DNA of 64,000 nt from Cetorhinus maximus (lineage: Eukaryota), in the NCBI RefSeq assembly GCF_964194155.1, contig NC_135916.1:1302001-1366000 (forward strand). The letters run 5' to 3'. A model generated the notes under the pieces. That model was not told where the DNA came from. It did no database searches and was given only the letters and a program-made list of their open reading frames with translations. Position numbers and translations under genes: made by a program. The number at the start of each line of letters is the position of its first letter. Within the stretch, counting starts at the first letter, position 1. Below, piece after piece: positions 1-12,832 of this stretch.

Positions 1-2169
1 GGGAGGAGCTGGCCAGAATTGACTGGGAGATAAGCCTAGCAGGAAAGACAGTGGAACATCAATGGTAGGAGTTTCTGGGAGTAATTTGGGAGAAAAAGCA
101 AAAATTCATCCCTAGGAAGAAGAAGCATACTAAAGGGAGGACGAGGAAACCATGGCTGACAAGGGAAGTCCGGGACAGCATAAAAGCTGAAGAGAAAGCA
201 TACAATGCGACGAAGAGCAGTGGGAAACCAGGGGATTGGGAAGCCTACAAAGACCAACAGAGGACAACTAAAAAAGAAATAAGGAGGGAGAAGATTAAAT
301 ATGAGGGTAAACAAACAGTAATATAAAAGAAGATTGCAAAAATTTTTTTTACATATATAAAGGGCAAGAGAGAGGCAAAAGTGGATATTGGGCCGCTGGA
401 AAATGACGCTGGAGAAGGATTAGTGGGGAACAAAGAAATGGCGGAGGAACTGAATAGGTACTTTGCGACAGTCTTCACAGTGGAAGACACGAGTGACATG
501 CCCAAAGTTCAAGAGAGTCGGGGGACAGAGGTGAGTATGGTGGCAATTAACAATAAGAAGGGGCTAGGAAAACTGAAAGGTCTGAAGGTGGATAAATGAC
601 CTGGACCAGATGGATTACACCCCAGAGTTCTGAAGGAGATAGCTGAAGAGATAGTGGAGGCGTTAGTGGTGATCTTTCAGTAATCACTGGACTCAGGGAT
701 GTTCCCAGAGGACTGGAAAATCGCTAATGTAACCCCCTTGTTTAAGAAGGGAGTGAGGCAAAAGTCGGGAAATTACAGGTTTAATAGCCTGACTTCGGTC
801 ATTGGTAAGATTTTAGAGTCCATTATTAAGGATGAGATTTCAGAATACTTGGAAGTGCATGGTAAAATCGGGCAAAGTCAGCATGGTTTCATCCAAGGGA
901 GGTCATGCCTGACAAATCTGTTAGAATACTTTGAGGAGGTAACGAGTAGGTTAGACAAAGGAGAGCCAATGGATGTTATGTACTTGGACTTCCAGAAGGC
1001 CTTTGACAAGGTGCCACACAGGATGCTGATCAGTAAGATAAGAGCCCATGGTGTTAGAGGCAAGGTACTAGCATGGATAGAAGATTGGCTGTCTGGCAGA
1101 AGGCAGAGAATGGGCATAGGGGGGTCCACCCCAGGATGGCGGCCGGTGAGTAGTGGAGTTTTGGAGGGGTCAGTGTTGGGACCATAACTTATCACTTTAT
1201 ATATTAATGATCTAGTTGAAGGAACTGAGGGCATCCTGGCTAAGTTTGCAGATGATATAAAGATAGGTGGAGGGACAGGTAGTATTGAGGAGGCGGGGAG
1301 GTTGCAGAAGGATTTGGACAGGTTAGGAGAATGGGCAAAGAAGTGACAGATGGAATACAACGTGGGGAAGTGTGAGGTCATGCATTTTGGTAGGAAGAAT
1401 AGAGGCATAGACTATTTTCTAAATGGGGAGAGAATTCAGAAATCTGGATTGCAAAGGGACTTGGGAGTGCTAGTCCAGGATTCCCTTAAGGTTAACTGCA
1501 GGTTGAGTCATTAGTTAGGAAGGCAAATGCAATGTTGGCATTTACTTCGAGAGGACTAGAATATAAAAGCAGGGATGTGGTGCTGAGGGTTTCTAAGGCT
1601 CTGGTCAGACCACATTTAGAATATTGTAAGCAATTTTGGGCCCCGTATCTCAGGAAGGATGTGCTGTCCCTGGAGAGGGTCCAGAGGAGGTTCATGAGGA
1701 TGATCCCAGGAATGAAAAGCTCAACATATGAGGAACGTTTGAGGACTCTGGGTCAATACTCGATGGAGTTTAGAAGGATGAGGGGGGATCTGATTGAAAC
1801 TTACAGAATACTGAAAGGCCTGGATAGAATTGACGTGGGGAAGATGTTTCCATTAGTAGGAGAGACTAGGACCCAAGGGCACAGCCTCAGAGTAAAGGGC
1901 AGACCTTTTAGAACAGAAATGATGAAAAACTTCTTTAGCCAGAGAGTGGTGAATCTATGGAATTCAATGCCACAGAAGGCTGTGGAGGCCAGGTCACTGA
2001 GTGCATTTAAGACCGAGATAGATAGGTTCTTCATTGGTAAGGGAATCAAAGGTTACGGGGAGAAGGTGGGAGTATGGGGTTGAGAAACTTATCAGCCATG
2101 ATTTAATGCGGGGCAGACTCGATGGGCCGAATGGCCTAATTTCTGCTACTATGTCTTATGGTCTTATGA
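1..2169 (+). mobile_element. CR1-clade LINE, 3' part of ORF2 (RT) plus 3' tail; disrupted
   Basis: ORF pieces with PEDWKIANVTPLFKKG, YLDFQKAFDKVPH, EGSVLGP and FADD; in-frame stops; TCTTATGG-type tail at ~2150-2169; runs off the left edge. Confidence 0.93.
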
Positions 2170-2617
2170 TGCGCGAAAGTGCCTCCATACATAACTGGAC
2201 TTCTCTGGGTGTTGAGATTGGGATAAAAGGCAATTGGTGAAATTGTGACGTCTCAGTTCAGGAGGAGCAACGTTAAAAGGGAAATCTAGAGCGACTGGGA
2301 GCAGATAATTTGTATTGTCACCAGAAATATAGATCTTGATGTGAGCTATTCAGACAATTACTTGAAATCATATATGATTGGCACTACCGCGGAATCTGCG
2401 AATCAGACTCTCTGCGGGTCCAATGCCTCAGAGTGTTTAATGTTAGCTGAATTCACAATCGACAGCAAATAAATAGAAACCGGAGCAAGGATCGAAAAGA
2501 GAAGGAAATCTCTACCGAGACATTCACAATTGTTCATCTTGTTGCCAATGAACCTTTAAATGTGAACATTGTGTAAGAGAGTGTTTGAAGTGGGCGGGCG
2601 AGTCAGAGGATTGAAAC

Positions 2618-3030
2618 TGTGTTTGTGTGACCGTTCTGATCAGGACATTTCAGAGTCCCGCTTAGGTAAAATAAAAATAATTTCCAAAGAAATACACCCC
2701 CTGCTCCCCAGCTTGACGCCAAAGTGAGATTTCAAGACAATTTCTTTGTTGTTTTCTAGATTTCAGACTAAAAGTAGAGGACATGTCATCGATCGGGTGA
2801 AGGAGCCGCAGTTAATCGGGTTTAAATCGAAATTGGAGTCTTCAATTCGAGTGAAATATTTTCGACAGCGAACATTACAGTGTCAGAGATAAGAAGGATT
2901 CAGTCTGGGACACTGCAGAGCCGGAATTTCCATGGAATTGGGAAGTTTGTGAGGAGAGAAAAACACAGAGAGGCAGCAGCAGCCTGGAGCTGACAGCAGC
3001 CTGTCTCCGCCCCGTCCGCTCGCTGCCTTT
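2618..3030 (+). promoter_or_regulatory. H1 promoter, unit 1: TG box, AC (H1) box, GC box, GTCCG, TTTAAG TATA-like
   Basis: TGTGTTT 2618-2624; AAACACA 2961-2967; CCGCCCCGTCCG ~3007; same motifs upstream of all four H1 genes. Confidence 0.75.
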
Positions 3031-3113
3031 AAGTTGCTCAGTGCCGCCACCAGCGGCTTCATTTCTCAGCCCGTTCACATTGACAGAGAAACTTTTGTGC
3101 AGAGTCCCGGAAC

Positions 3114-3770
3114 ATGACCGATACTGCAGCCGCCGAAACGGCTCCTCCAGCCGCTCCCGCCGCCCAGGTCAAGACTCCCAAGAAGAAGAAGAAGGCGGCT
3201 CCCCGGAGCAGTGCAGCCGGTCCCAAGCTGGGCGAGCAGATCCTCAAGGTTGTGGCGGATTGCAGCGATCGCAAGGGGATGTCGCTGCCCGCGATCAAGA
3301 AGGCGCTGCGCGGCAATGGGGTGGATGTGGAGAAACTCGGCTCCCAGATCAAGCAAAGCATCAAGAGGAATGTGAAGAATGGCTTCCTGGTTCAGGTCAA
3401 GGGCACGGGCGCCTCGGGCTCCTTCAAAGTCCCTAAGAACACAACCCCGGGGAAAGTGGGAAAGAAGGCGAAGGCAGCAGCTGGCAAGAAATCTCCAGTG
3501 AAGAAAGCGGCAGCCAAGAAGGTGACAGCAAAGAAAGCAACGGCCAAGAAGACTCCAGTCAAGAAAGCAACGGCCAAGAAATCTCCAGTCAAGAAAGCAG
3601 CGGCCAAGAAATCCCCAGCGAAGAAAGCAGCGGCCAAGAAAACAGCCAAGAAGGCGGCAACTCCCAAAAAGCCGGTGAAGAAAGCAGCCCCCAAGAAAAA
3701 GTCTCCGGCCAAGAAGGTGACGGGCGTCAAAAAAGTGGCGATAGGGAGGGCCAAGCCCAAAACGAGATAA
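3114..3770 (+). CDS. H1: Linker histone H1, 218 aa
   Basis: Winged-helix domain ending GTGASGSFK; Lys/Ala/Pro-rich tail with S/T-P-x-K repeats; intronless; stem-loop downstream. Confidence 0.97.
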   Translation: MTDTAAAETAPPAAPAAQVKTPKKKKKAAPRSSAAGPKLGEQILKVVADCSDRKGMSLPAIKKALRGNGVDVEKLGSQIKQSIKRNVKNGFLVQVKGTGASGSFKVPKNTTPGKVGKKAKAAAGKKSPVKKAAAKKVTAKKATAKKTPVKKATAKKSPVKKAAAKKSPAKKAAAKKTAKKAATPKKPVKKAAPKKKSPAKKVTGVKKVAIGRAKPKTR

Positions 3771-3827
3771 GCAAAGACAGGAAAGAAGGGAAAGATCCCG
3801 AGCAAATTGTAAACCTCTGAACCCAAA

Positions 3828-3868
3828 GGCTCTTTTCAGAGCCACCCACATTTCACATGAAAGAGCTG
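3828..3868 (+). terminator. Histone 3' stem-loop and HDE (H1)
   Basis: GGCTCTTTTCAGAGCC 3828-3843; AAAGAGCTG ~3860. Confidence 0.95.
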
Positions 3869-4509
3869 ATCCCCTGATCATTTGATCCCTGTCTCCGCGC
3901 CGTGAGCTGATTTCAGGTGGAAATGTTTTATTTTCCTGTAAATCCAGTATTCCCGCTGAATCACTGAAATGCACTTCAGCCGCACTTCCACTCCCTCCCC
4001 CAACTCCGACTCTCATTCCTGCAATAACACACATCGATATCCTTTCCGATTAGTATCCATGGTGTGTCCGAGAGCACTTAATGTTTATCTTCCTTTATTC
4101 ACATTTTCAGGGTGGGAGTCTACAATAGAGAAACCAGGTGTAAAGGAAACTCCTCACAGCTGACACCAAAACCCATTATTTTCTCTCATTCGGTTGGGAG
4201 AGATGTTGGCAAAATTCCAAATCCTAGGAGGGGAGTTGTGGGTGGGGATGGAATTGGAGCTGGGGTTGAAATCGAAGCAGAATTTGACTCGTATGGAAAG
4301 TTTATTATTGAGGCGGAAATGATCCGGACAAGACGATGTTTAATAGATTCGAGTTGGTAATTAGCTGCTTCATGATATTCAAGTGTGTAAGTTCTGTTCA
4401 AAGCGTCTGTTCAATTCCCTTTAGAATTGGACAAAATACAATTCTGTTTCTGGCAGGCAGGAGGAGGAGCTGGTTTACCAAAGACTTTGTTCTGTCTGTC
4501 ACTCAGTCT

Positions 4510-4580
4510 CTCCCGCCCCGCCTCTCTCACACACACTCTCTCCGTTCCTCAGTTAGGTCGGGGCGGGCTGTATAAAAGCG
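4510..4580 (+). promoter_or_regulatory. H4 promoter: GC boxes, site-II-like TCAGT(T/C)AGGTCG, TATAAAA
   Basis: Motifs present upstream of all four H4 copies. Confidence 0.7.
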
Positions 4581-4624
4581 GAACGTGAAGCAGCTCCCAA
4601 CTCATTCAGCAGCGATTTGACTGA

Positions 4625-4945
<321 letters not shown>

Positions 4946-4978
4946 ACAAATCGACCCGACTCTCTAACAAAACCCAAA

Positions 4979-5020
4979 GGCTCTTCTAAGAGCCGCCCAC
5001 AACCTCACATTGAGAGCAGT
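4979..5020 (+). terminator. Histone 3' stem-loop and HDE (H4)
   Basis: GGCTCTTCTAAGAGCC 4979-4994; GAGAGCAG downstream. Confidence 0.9.
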
Positions 5021-6117
5021 GACTTCTGAAGGGGGAGAGGGGAAAATAAATCTTTGTATGTTTTTATTAAGAGGCACTGCTTTGCCACCAATGCATCCTC
5101 TTCTCACAATACCATCGTGAGTCCCCAAAATGCCTTGGTTTAATTTAAATCAGTTTTCACGAATTACCGTTCTTTCTACCCGAGGACCACGGCTGTACCC
5201 AATGTAACGTCGAATTTCATCAGGAGAAACTATTCTTAAACCTTTTATTCCCCCTTCGTCGCTCTAATATTATTCATTTATTTTTCCCCATCGGTTTCTG
5301 TTCCTGGGTCTTTGACGCATGACAGGACCTGGGCGGTACCAGCTTTATATGGATCAGCCTGTATCGATTCAGCATGTCTGAACAGAGCTTTATCCTGGCC
5401 TGTCGCTGAACAATCAGATAAAGAATCCGAATTCAAGACAGGTTATAAGGCAGACATTGACTGGCTCTTGCTGCCGATTATATTCAGATCAGATTTTACA
5501 GCAGCCATGAATCAGACCAATATCGATTTACAGACTTGAAAAATAAAACTACCCTAAATCACCTCTATTCTGCAACACGGGCCGAACAGAAGGTTTGAAC
5601 AGATAGCTGTTTGATGGCCGCCCAGGACACGATGGACTGTTTCTATGTTTTACAACTTTATTTCTCTATCAGAAGGGAAAACTCTGCTTTTGGCGCTCGG
5701 TTTGGACTATACTAAACATGCATTTCGGAATAATTGTGGAAGAGAGTTTGAATGAAAGTGGGGTATTGGGTAAATCCATTAAATTGAGGTCCACCGGGCA
5801 AGGGCACATGGTTGTGATGTACAGTCAAAGGCAAAATGTTATTCAAACGCAACACATAATGAAGCCGGAATGAGAGAGGGATGCAGTTTCCGCCAGTTCA
5901 TTTTACCTAACACGATAATTAGAACATAATCGTTAATCAATGTAAATTTCGACAGATACACGGTTTAAATAAACGGTCGGCAAGCCCCCCTCCCCCATAA
6001 AGACCCCACCGCGCACCCTTTCACCAGCAGAAACAGGAATCACACCATTTTCTCTTTAACATCTATAGCGCGTTGACATTAAAATACCGAGTCGGTTGAT
6101 GAGGTTTCGATGTGAGT

Positions 6118-6365
6118 GCCAAAATTTCCCCCATCAATAGGAGTTTAATTCCGCCCTGTTGTAAACCGATCAGGGAAAGAATGAGAATTTAATCCACGTT
6201 CCAAAGCAGGAAGTCGGTGCCTGGTTAATTTAAACCGTTATTGTTCATAAGGTTTACATGTGTCCGAAAAATTTTCGCCCATCAATAGGAGGCTTATTCC
6301 AGCCCGTTATCAACCGAGCAGGGAATGAATGAGAATTTAATCCGAGTTCCAAAGACAGGAAGTTG
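6118..6365 (+). repeat. Local duplication (~150-bp period) upstream of H3, unit 1
   Basis: CCCATCAATAGGAG...GAATGAGAATTTAATCC...CAGGAAGT at ~6130-6215 and ~6278-6364; single copy in unit 2 (~24910-25005). Confidence 0.75.
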
Positions 6366-6489
6366 TATCCGGGTGAAAAATGGGGCGCACAGACATCGAG
6401 GTTTACGATTTTTTTTATATTTTGAGATTGAATTTATCTGCCTTCAAACTCGGTTTAATTAATTTCCTTTTTACTTGTTCCGATGAAAT

Positions 6490-6635
6490 TGGCGGGCTTT
6501 TTGAAATTGATTGATTGTCAATTACTGCCCCACCAATCAGATTCTTGGCGACCATCCCTCTATTCGAACGTTGCCAGGGGGAAGTGGAGTTGACCAATCA
6601 GGGCAAGTGGGCGTTCCCCATAAGGTCTTAAATAG
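6490..6635 (+). promoter_or_regulatory. H3 promoter: CDE/CHR-like element, two CCAAT boxes, TTAAATAG TATA-like
   Basis: TGGCGG-4nt-TTTGAA 6490-6505; CCAATCAG ~6533 and ~6594. Confidence 0.7.
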
Positions 6636-7103
<468 letters not shown>

Positions 7104-7146
7104 ACTGAACCCTACCCGACTCTAGACTTACACCGAAAACCACAAA

Positions 7147-7190
7147 GGCTCTTTTAAGAGCCACCAAGTCGGTCAGAGAAAGAGCTGCGA
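7147..7190 (+). terminator. Histone 3' stem-loop and HDE (H3)
   Basis: GGCTCTTTTAAGAGCC 7147-7162; GAAAAGAGCTG. Confidence 0.95.
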
Positions 7191-7399
7191 TCTATTGTTA
7201 AAAGACGCCACCTCTTCTGCATATAATTTCCATTTTTTTTCACCCTATACCTTTCCTTTGCTACCTTTGTTGGGCTTTGGAGAGACGGTCATTTTATTAT
7301 TCCAGGAACGTTTTCCCAAGTAGTGACAATTAAGGAAAACACACATCCCATTGGCTTCTGCACATTATCAGTCAGATCTCTGTTTGAGTGACCAATGTG

Positions 7400-7810
7400 G
7401 AGGATCCACGCATTCACTCATTTTATACCTTCGGGAGGAATGGCGGTGCGATCAATGCTTATTGGTCCATTTTATTACAGCTGCTAATGTTCTTCCTATT
7501 ACCAATCAGATCCCTGCATGATTCACCAACGTGGAGACGTCACGTGGTTGACGTCCGAAAGTAATGGCGCCAAATCGTCAGTTACCGACCCATTATATAT
7601 TTCAAATTTGCAAGACCGCCAAAAAAATACGGCACAAAAATCGTAATAGCTAATTCCCTTTTTAAATTATAACAATGCGCGATTCACCCAATTCTCTCCA
7701 TCTTTTGGACATCCTACAGTTTACCTGTATCTGTTAGTTGCTGACTTTTGAGTGCGGAGTTTCATGTCTCTGACATGAAGCAGAAATTAAAGGCGCCAAT
7801 TTTGCAGGAA
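7400..7810 (-). pseudogene. Orphan H2A promoter region with no H2A CDS
   Basis: Colinear with 26720-27145 (TTATAC..GGAGGAATGG, ACCAATCAGAT, GGCGCCAAATC, TTATATATTTCAAATTTG..ACCGCCAAAA); no H2A ORF or stem-loop. Confidence 0.75.
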
Positions 7811-9794
7811 CCGAGCCTTTGTTATATTGAACATTGAAAAGCCCGACGAAACGTGTGTAAAACGAATAATTAATTTGATACAGAATATTGCCTTAACATA
7901 TAACACAGTCATTTCCATAGTTTAAAAGATTGGTCTCCCTTATTGCACTATATCATATTTGATCACAAGCCCCAAATTGGCTATTAAAATCCGGAATCCA
8001 TTCGGGTTTAATCTCGGACCGTTTTTCCAGTCCTCTTACTCTATGTTCAACAGATTCTGGCATGTGAATATGGGTTTTTTTAGGACTCTCTGCACCTTGT
8101 ATATCATTGTCCATTCTTTGAATATGATGCTCACTTTTCAACTTTTTAATGTAGCATGTGAACATGGATTTTAATCAGGACTTATCAGTTGTTGACTGTG
8201 TATAAGTGTCATATTCCTTCTGTATGTATCAGCCTCTGGTGCTGTGTATGAATCTTGCTAACCTTTGTTATGTGCCTGTTGTGGTTCTGGAAATGGCTGC
8301 AGAATTAATACTCTAAATGTAAATTTTGGACACTGTGGGCATTGAATTCGTTTTTTTCTTTCACCATATCTGTTAAGAATTGATGAATTGTGTGTTTTAT
8401 TATGTGTTTTCACTTAGTTGAATACTGTGATAGAGTTGAATTAATCCTGTACCCACCAGTGTGTTGTATTGTATGTGGATGAATACATTTTGCCCTCTGT
8501 GTAGGACTCTGTACTGCTATGTATGGAAGAGTGCATTCATTCTATCTGCAATATTTTCTGGTACTATCCGTGAGAGAGGGATTCCATCTAAATCTGTCAA
8601 TATCTGGAACTAAATGTGAGAATGAAGTTGATACAAATCCAGCCAAGCTGTTTGAGAGCAATATTTTTTTGTGTGTCAGTCAATCTGGGCAATTTTATGT
8701 CATTGTGGGTTTTTGGCTCTGCGTCCTTAAGACTTTTCTAAAAAGATTTGTGTATGTCTGTGGCTCCTGCTCTCCATTTAATTCCCTGCTACTCTGTATG
8801 TGGTTGAATAATGCATTGCTTCCCAATGTATTGTTAGTTTCTTGCTCTATATTTATTAGTCACTTAAATTGATGGAGTGTGTATTCACTCATTTAGCTGA
8901 CAGTGAGTGTGATTCATTCAAATTATCCCTGTATCTGCTATTGCATGGGAATGTGCCACTCTCTGCATGTCTTTCAGTGCCTGATACAATGCATGATTTT
9001 GGGATTAAATTGTACATGACAGCGTCCGGTAAGGTATGTGTTTGTGGAGTTATTTCTATAATGTTATGGCCTCTATGATTCTATATGAATGAGATTATTT
9101 TGGTATACTTCAGTTTCAGGTAGGCTAAGTGAATGTGGGGTTCATTATTTATCTTTCAGCCTTGGTGCTTTCCAAGAGTAAGTGCTAAGGGTAAACAAGA
9201 AGTGTTCAGAGAATTTACATTATGATTCTTAGTGAGAATATTGATATGGCACGTGTTGTGTATTAAGGTCTGTATTCATTAAAATTATATTTTACCTTTA
9301 TTTCAGATATTGTATGAGATCTTTGGTGTGGAATTTAATATGTTGTTCTGTGGGGCGTCTGGGTACATTCTTAGCTTCACATATACAGCTGATTGAAATG
9401 CACAGATTTAATGCTAAGACTCCACTCTTGTGAAAGGAATGGATTGTCTTGCAATCTGAAAATGTTTTTGGATAAGATTGATGGGCCTACCATTCTGTGA
9501 CACTCAATGAGTGTGAATTGGGGATAATATTCTGTCTCCCCTGTCGCGTTTGAATGTTGTATTGAACATGTCTGCCCATTTTTGGTTTAACCTATAACAT
9601 GGGTTCTACCAATGTTATAGCCATAGGTTATATTCTGTAGTTGCATCGGAGTTCAAGAATGGTACTCAATTTGTAGCTCTGTGAAAACAATTGTGAATAG
9701 CTACATCCCCTTCAATCAACTATATAGCCTCACATGTAATTGATGCAGTTTGTAGTCAAGGAATTACCATTGTACCTTTATTCATGCAGAGCTT

Positions 9795-10275
9795 TTCATA
9801 GAATCACAGAATCACACAGTGCAGAAGAGGTCCTTCAGCCCATCGAGTCTGCAACAACACGTGAGAAACACCTGACCTACCTACCTAATCCCATTTACCA
9901 GCACTTGGCCCATAGCCTTGAATGTGATGATGTGCCAAGTGCTCATCCAAGTACATTTTAAAGGATGTGAGGCAACCCGCCTCCACCACCCTCCCAGGCA
10001 GCGCATTCCAAACCGTCACCACCCTCTGGGTAAAAATTTGTTCCTCACATCCTTCATAAACCTCTTGCCCCTCACCTTGAACTTACGCCCCCTCGTGACT
10101 GACTCTTCAGCCAAGGGGAACAGCTGCTCCCTATCCACCCTGTCCATGCCCCTCATAATCTTGTACACCTCGATCAGGTCGCCCCTCAGTCTTCTCTGCT
10201 CCAACGAAAACAACCCAAGCCTATCCAACCTCTCTTCATAACTTCAATGTTTCATCCCAGGCAACATCCTGGTGA
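9795..10275 (-). mobile_element. CR1 LINE 3' fragment
   Basis: Minus ORF LGLFSLEQRRLRGDLIEVYKIMRG; (ATTCTGTG)n-like tail at left end. Confidence 0.92.
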
Positions 10276-11769
10276 ATATTTTGTTAGACTGCTATGAAAT
10301 ATATAGCCCTGTCTAAATTCTGAGGCACTGATTTGCATTTTATTAAGTACCTTACAGTGAGCTATCTTATTTTCTGTTCTGGCTAAGAGCAGTTAAATAA
10401 TATCTGATGAGAATGAAAGAGTGAATATGATATTTGTTGTGTATTCTGTTAATCCTTTGATATTCTGCTGGATTAGATGCTAGATGGATATATAAAGCAA
10501 GTTAATGAAGACTCACCGGATCTGTTTGTCTCTTGGATTGAACAGTTGTCTCTTCCCTTTGAAACAGTGTGGGAATGAATGATTATTTATTTGTGACAGT
10601 GGACATAATGACCTGGCAGCATCTCTGTTCTCTGTGAGCGATGCTGCACCTACCTTGTGTTGGAACAAGCTCACTTTTCATCTTGCTTATGTTATAACTT
10701 TTATAGTTATCACTATTATGTATCCACCTTAGTTACTAGCCTCATCTGTCAATGCATAGCATTGTTTGTGAGCTGAGATTTGTTCACTTCTTTTTAAATT
10801 GATCCTTTCAACCATTTTATGTTTACTATTGTTTCCACTCCATATTAATTTATTAATTTGCAGGCCTGTACTATTATTTGAGTAATGTTTCCATTTTTAA
10901 AAATGAGGCTGAATTTCACTTTCATAACACATGGGTGATAAGATTATTTTGTCATCTTATTTGAATTAGGATCCCCTTCTTTTCTGCAATTAATTCTATG
11001 AATTGCATGTAAAGTCACTGGGATACATTTAGGTATTTTAACCTGTATCAAATATATTTTTTTCTCTGGAATGGAAGTGTGATGTTGGTCTGTAACTCTC
11101 AGGCTGTATTTGCAATTACACTGCACGTTAATTTTGTTGTGAGTGAATGACTTTTTAAAAAATCCATCCATGTCTTTTTTTTTTAGCATAAGATGTGTTT
11201 CATTCTCTATTTTCCAGTTTTCTTTTAGATAATGAGTGTAAGTTCTGTATAATTGTGTGCATTTTCAGGTATGTGAGTATGATTAGTTTTTCTCCTCCAG
11301 TTGTATTTATTAATTTCTCAGAGGCTAAAATGTGACTTTGCCATGGTACCTGTCAGTTACTGGTAAGTGAGTGCTGGTGTTACACTGTCCCTGTGAATAT
11401 CTGGTGTATGAGCATTACTTTGTAGCACTTCATTACTTGCAAGTGACTTTTTTTTCTCCCTCTATCTGTCAGTTTGTGGCATGTGAGTTTGAATGTGTGT
11501 GTTGGGCTTACTTGGCATTTGACTGTTTTGTTACGTGTCTGCTAAGTTAATGTGAATATACACTTTTTTTTTCAGTTTTTAAAATGTAAACATGTGTTTG
11601 AGTCTTATTCCCGGTCTCTGACATGAAAATGAGGAAATACCATAAATGTTTCAGATTTTTTTTCTGTATGTGTCACATATATTCTTTAATCATTCGTCTC
11701 TTGTAAAGAAATTCTAAGATTTACTCAGATTCTCTCAGTAAAGTTATGTCATTGTGTGATTGTAGAACT

Positions 11770-11869
11770 GTGTGTGAGCCTGTCTGTGTGTGTGTGCCTG
11801 TCTGTGTGTGTGCGCCTGTCTGTGTGTGTGCGCCTGTCTGTGTGTGTGCGCCTGTCTGTGTGTGTGCGG

Positions 11870-11902
<33 letters not shown>

Positions 11903-12030
11903 GCTGTCCTTGTGTGTGGGTGTGTGTGCCTCCCTGTGTGTGTGCGCCTGTCTGTCTCTTTGCGTGCCTGTCTGTGTATGCGCTTGTCTGTGTGTGTGCG
12001 CCTGTCCTTGTGTGTGGGTGTGTGTGCCTG
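11770..12030. repeat. TG microsatellite / 18-bp CCTGTCTGTGTGTGTGCG minisatellite
   Basis: Directly visible. Confidence 0.95.
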
Positions 12031-12597
12031 TTTATGCTCCTTTTGTCTCTCTTATGTGTGAATGGACTTTTCTCTCTATCTGTCATTTTTCAATATGTAC
12101 TTGTGCACATTGACTGGCACTCACAAGTATCTGGCATGGTGTTAAAGGCTAATTTTGTACATATCCAGTTTTAGCCTTTCTCTTAGGATAGCCTTGGCTT
12201 TAAGTTGTAATATTCGGCTTCTGGTATGGAAGTGCACATTTTACCTGTACCTGACCCTTTTAGATATGAGATTCTGGTACTGAAATTGTCTGCTCGTTTC
12301 TAGCCTCTGATGTGAGCATGGCTTTTACTTTTGTTAAAGTTAGCATTTTTAATGAGACTCTGCATTTACTGTGAATTTCAGTATCTGATCTACGATTGTG
12401 GATTTTAATCAGTCCTGATTTGTTTCTGTTTGGGATTGATATCTCTGTTATAGGAGTGATATATTCCATTCTGTTATTGTCTCTTTCTAATGAGGTGAAC
12501 GATCCTTTTTGATCAGAATCTGTTTAATTTGGTGCCTGAATATGGGATTTGCTTTGCAATTGTCAGATTTTGACATGAAGGAATGTTTATAATCTGT

Positions 12598-12832
12598 AGC
12601 AAAAGCAAAAACAAAATATCTACAGGTGGATTCTTGAAATCTCAAGAAAAAGGAAACACAATTGCTGGGAATACTGAGCAGGCCAGACAACATCTGTGGA
12701 GACAAGAGCTGAATTACCCTCCACCTGAAAATTCTGATATCAGAAAAGGTCATTGAACTGTGATGTTCACTCTCATCCTGTCTCCACAGGTGTTGGCTTC
12801 CTTGCTGAGTATTTCCTGCATTGTTGGTGTTT
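12598..12832. mobile_element. Old Penelope-derived inverted-terminus remnant
   Basis: GCTGGGAATACTGAGCAGG..CATCTGTGGAGAC inverted against TCTCCACAGGTGTTG..GCTGAGTATTTCC; orthologous copies at ~34780-35010 and ~55545-55780. Confidence 0.65.

Noticed and set aside
3075-4034. Long antisense ORFs (268-319 aa) over each H1, and shadow ORFs over H3, H4 and H2A
   Set aside because: Expected from Lys/Ala and GC-rich codon usage; start points vary between copies and the products are low-complexity.
11340-11375. 40-bp units resemble acceptor/micro-exon/donor (..CTGTCAG..GTGAGT) on the plus strand
   Set aside because: The implied introns (~30 nt) are too short and the motifs are inconsistently preserved.
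11721-12174. Cys/Val- or His/Thr-rich ORFs (also ~35610-36027)
   Set aside because: Translations of TG microsatellite.
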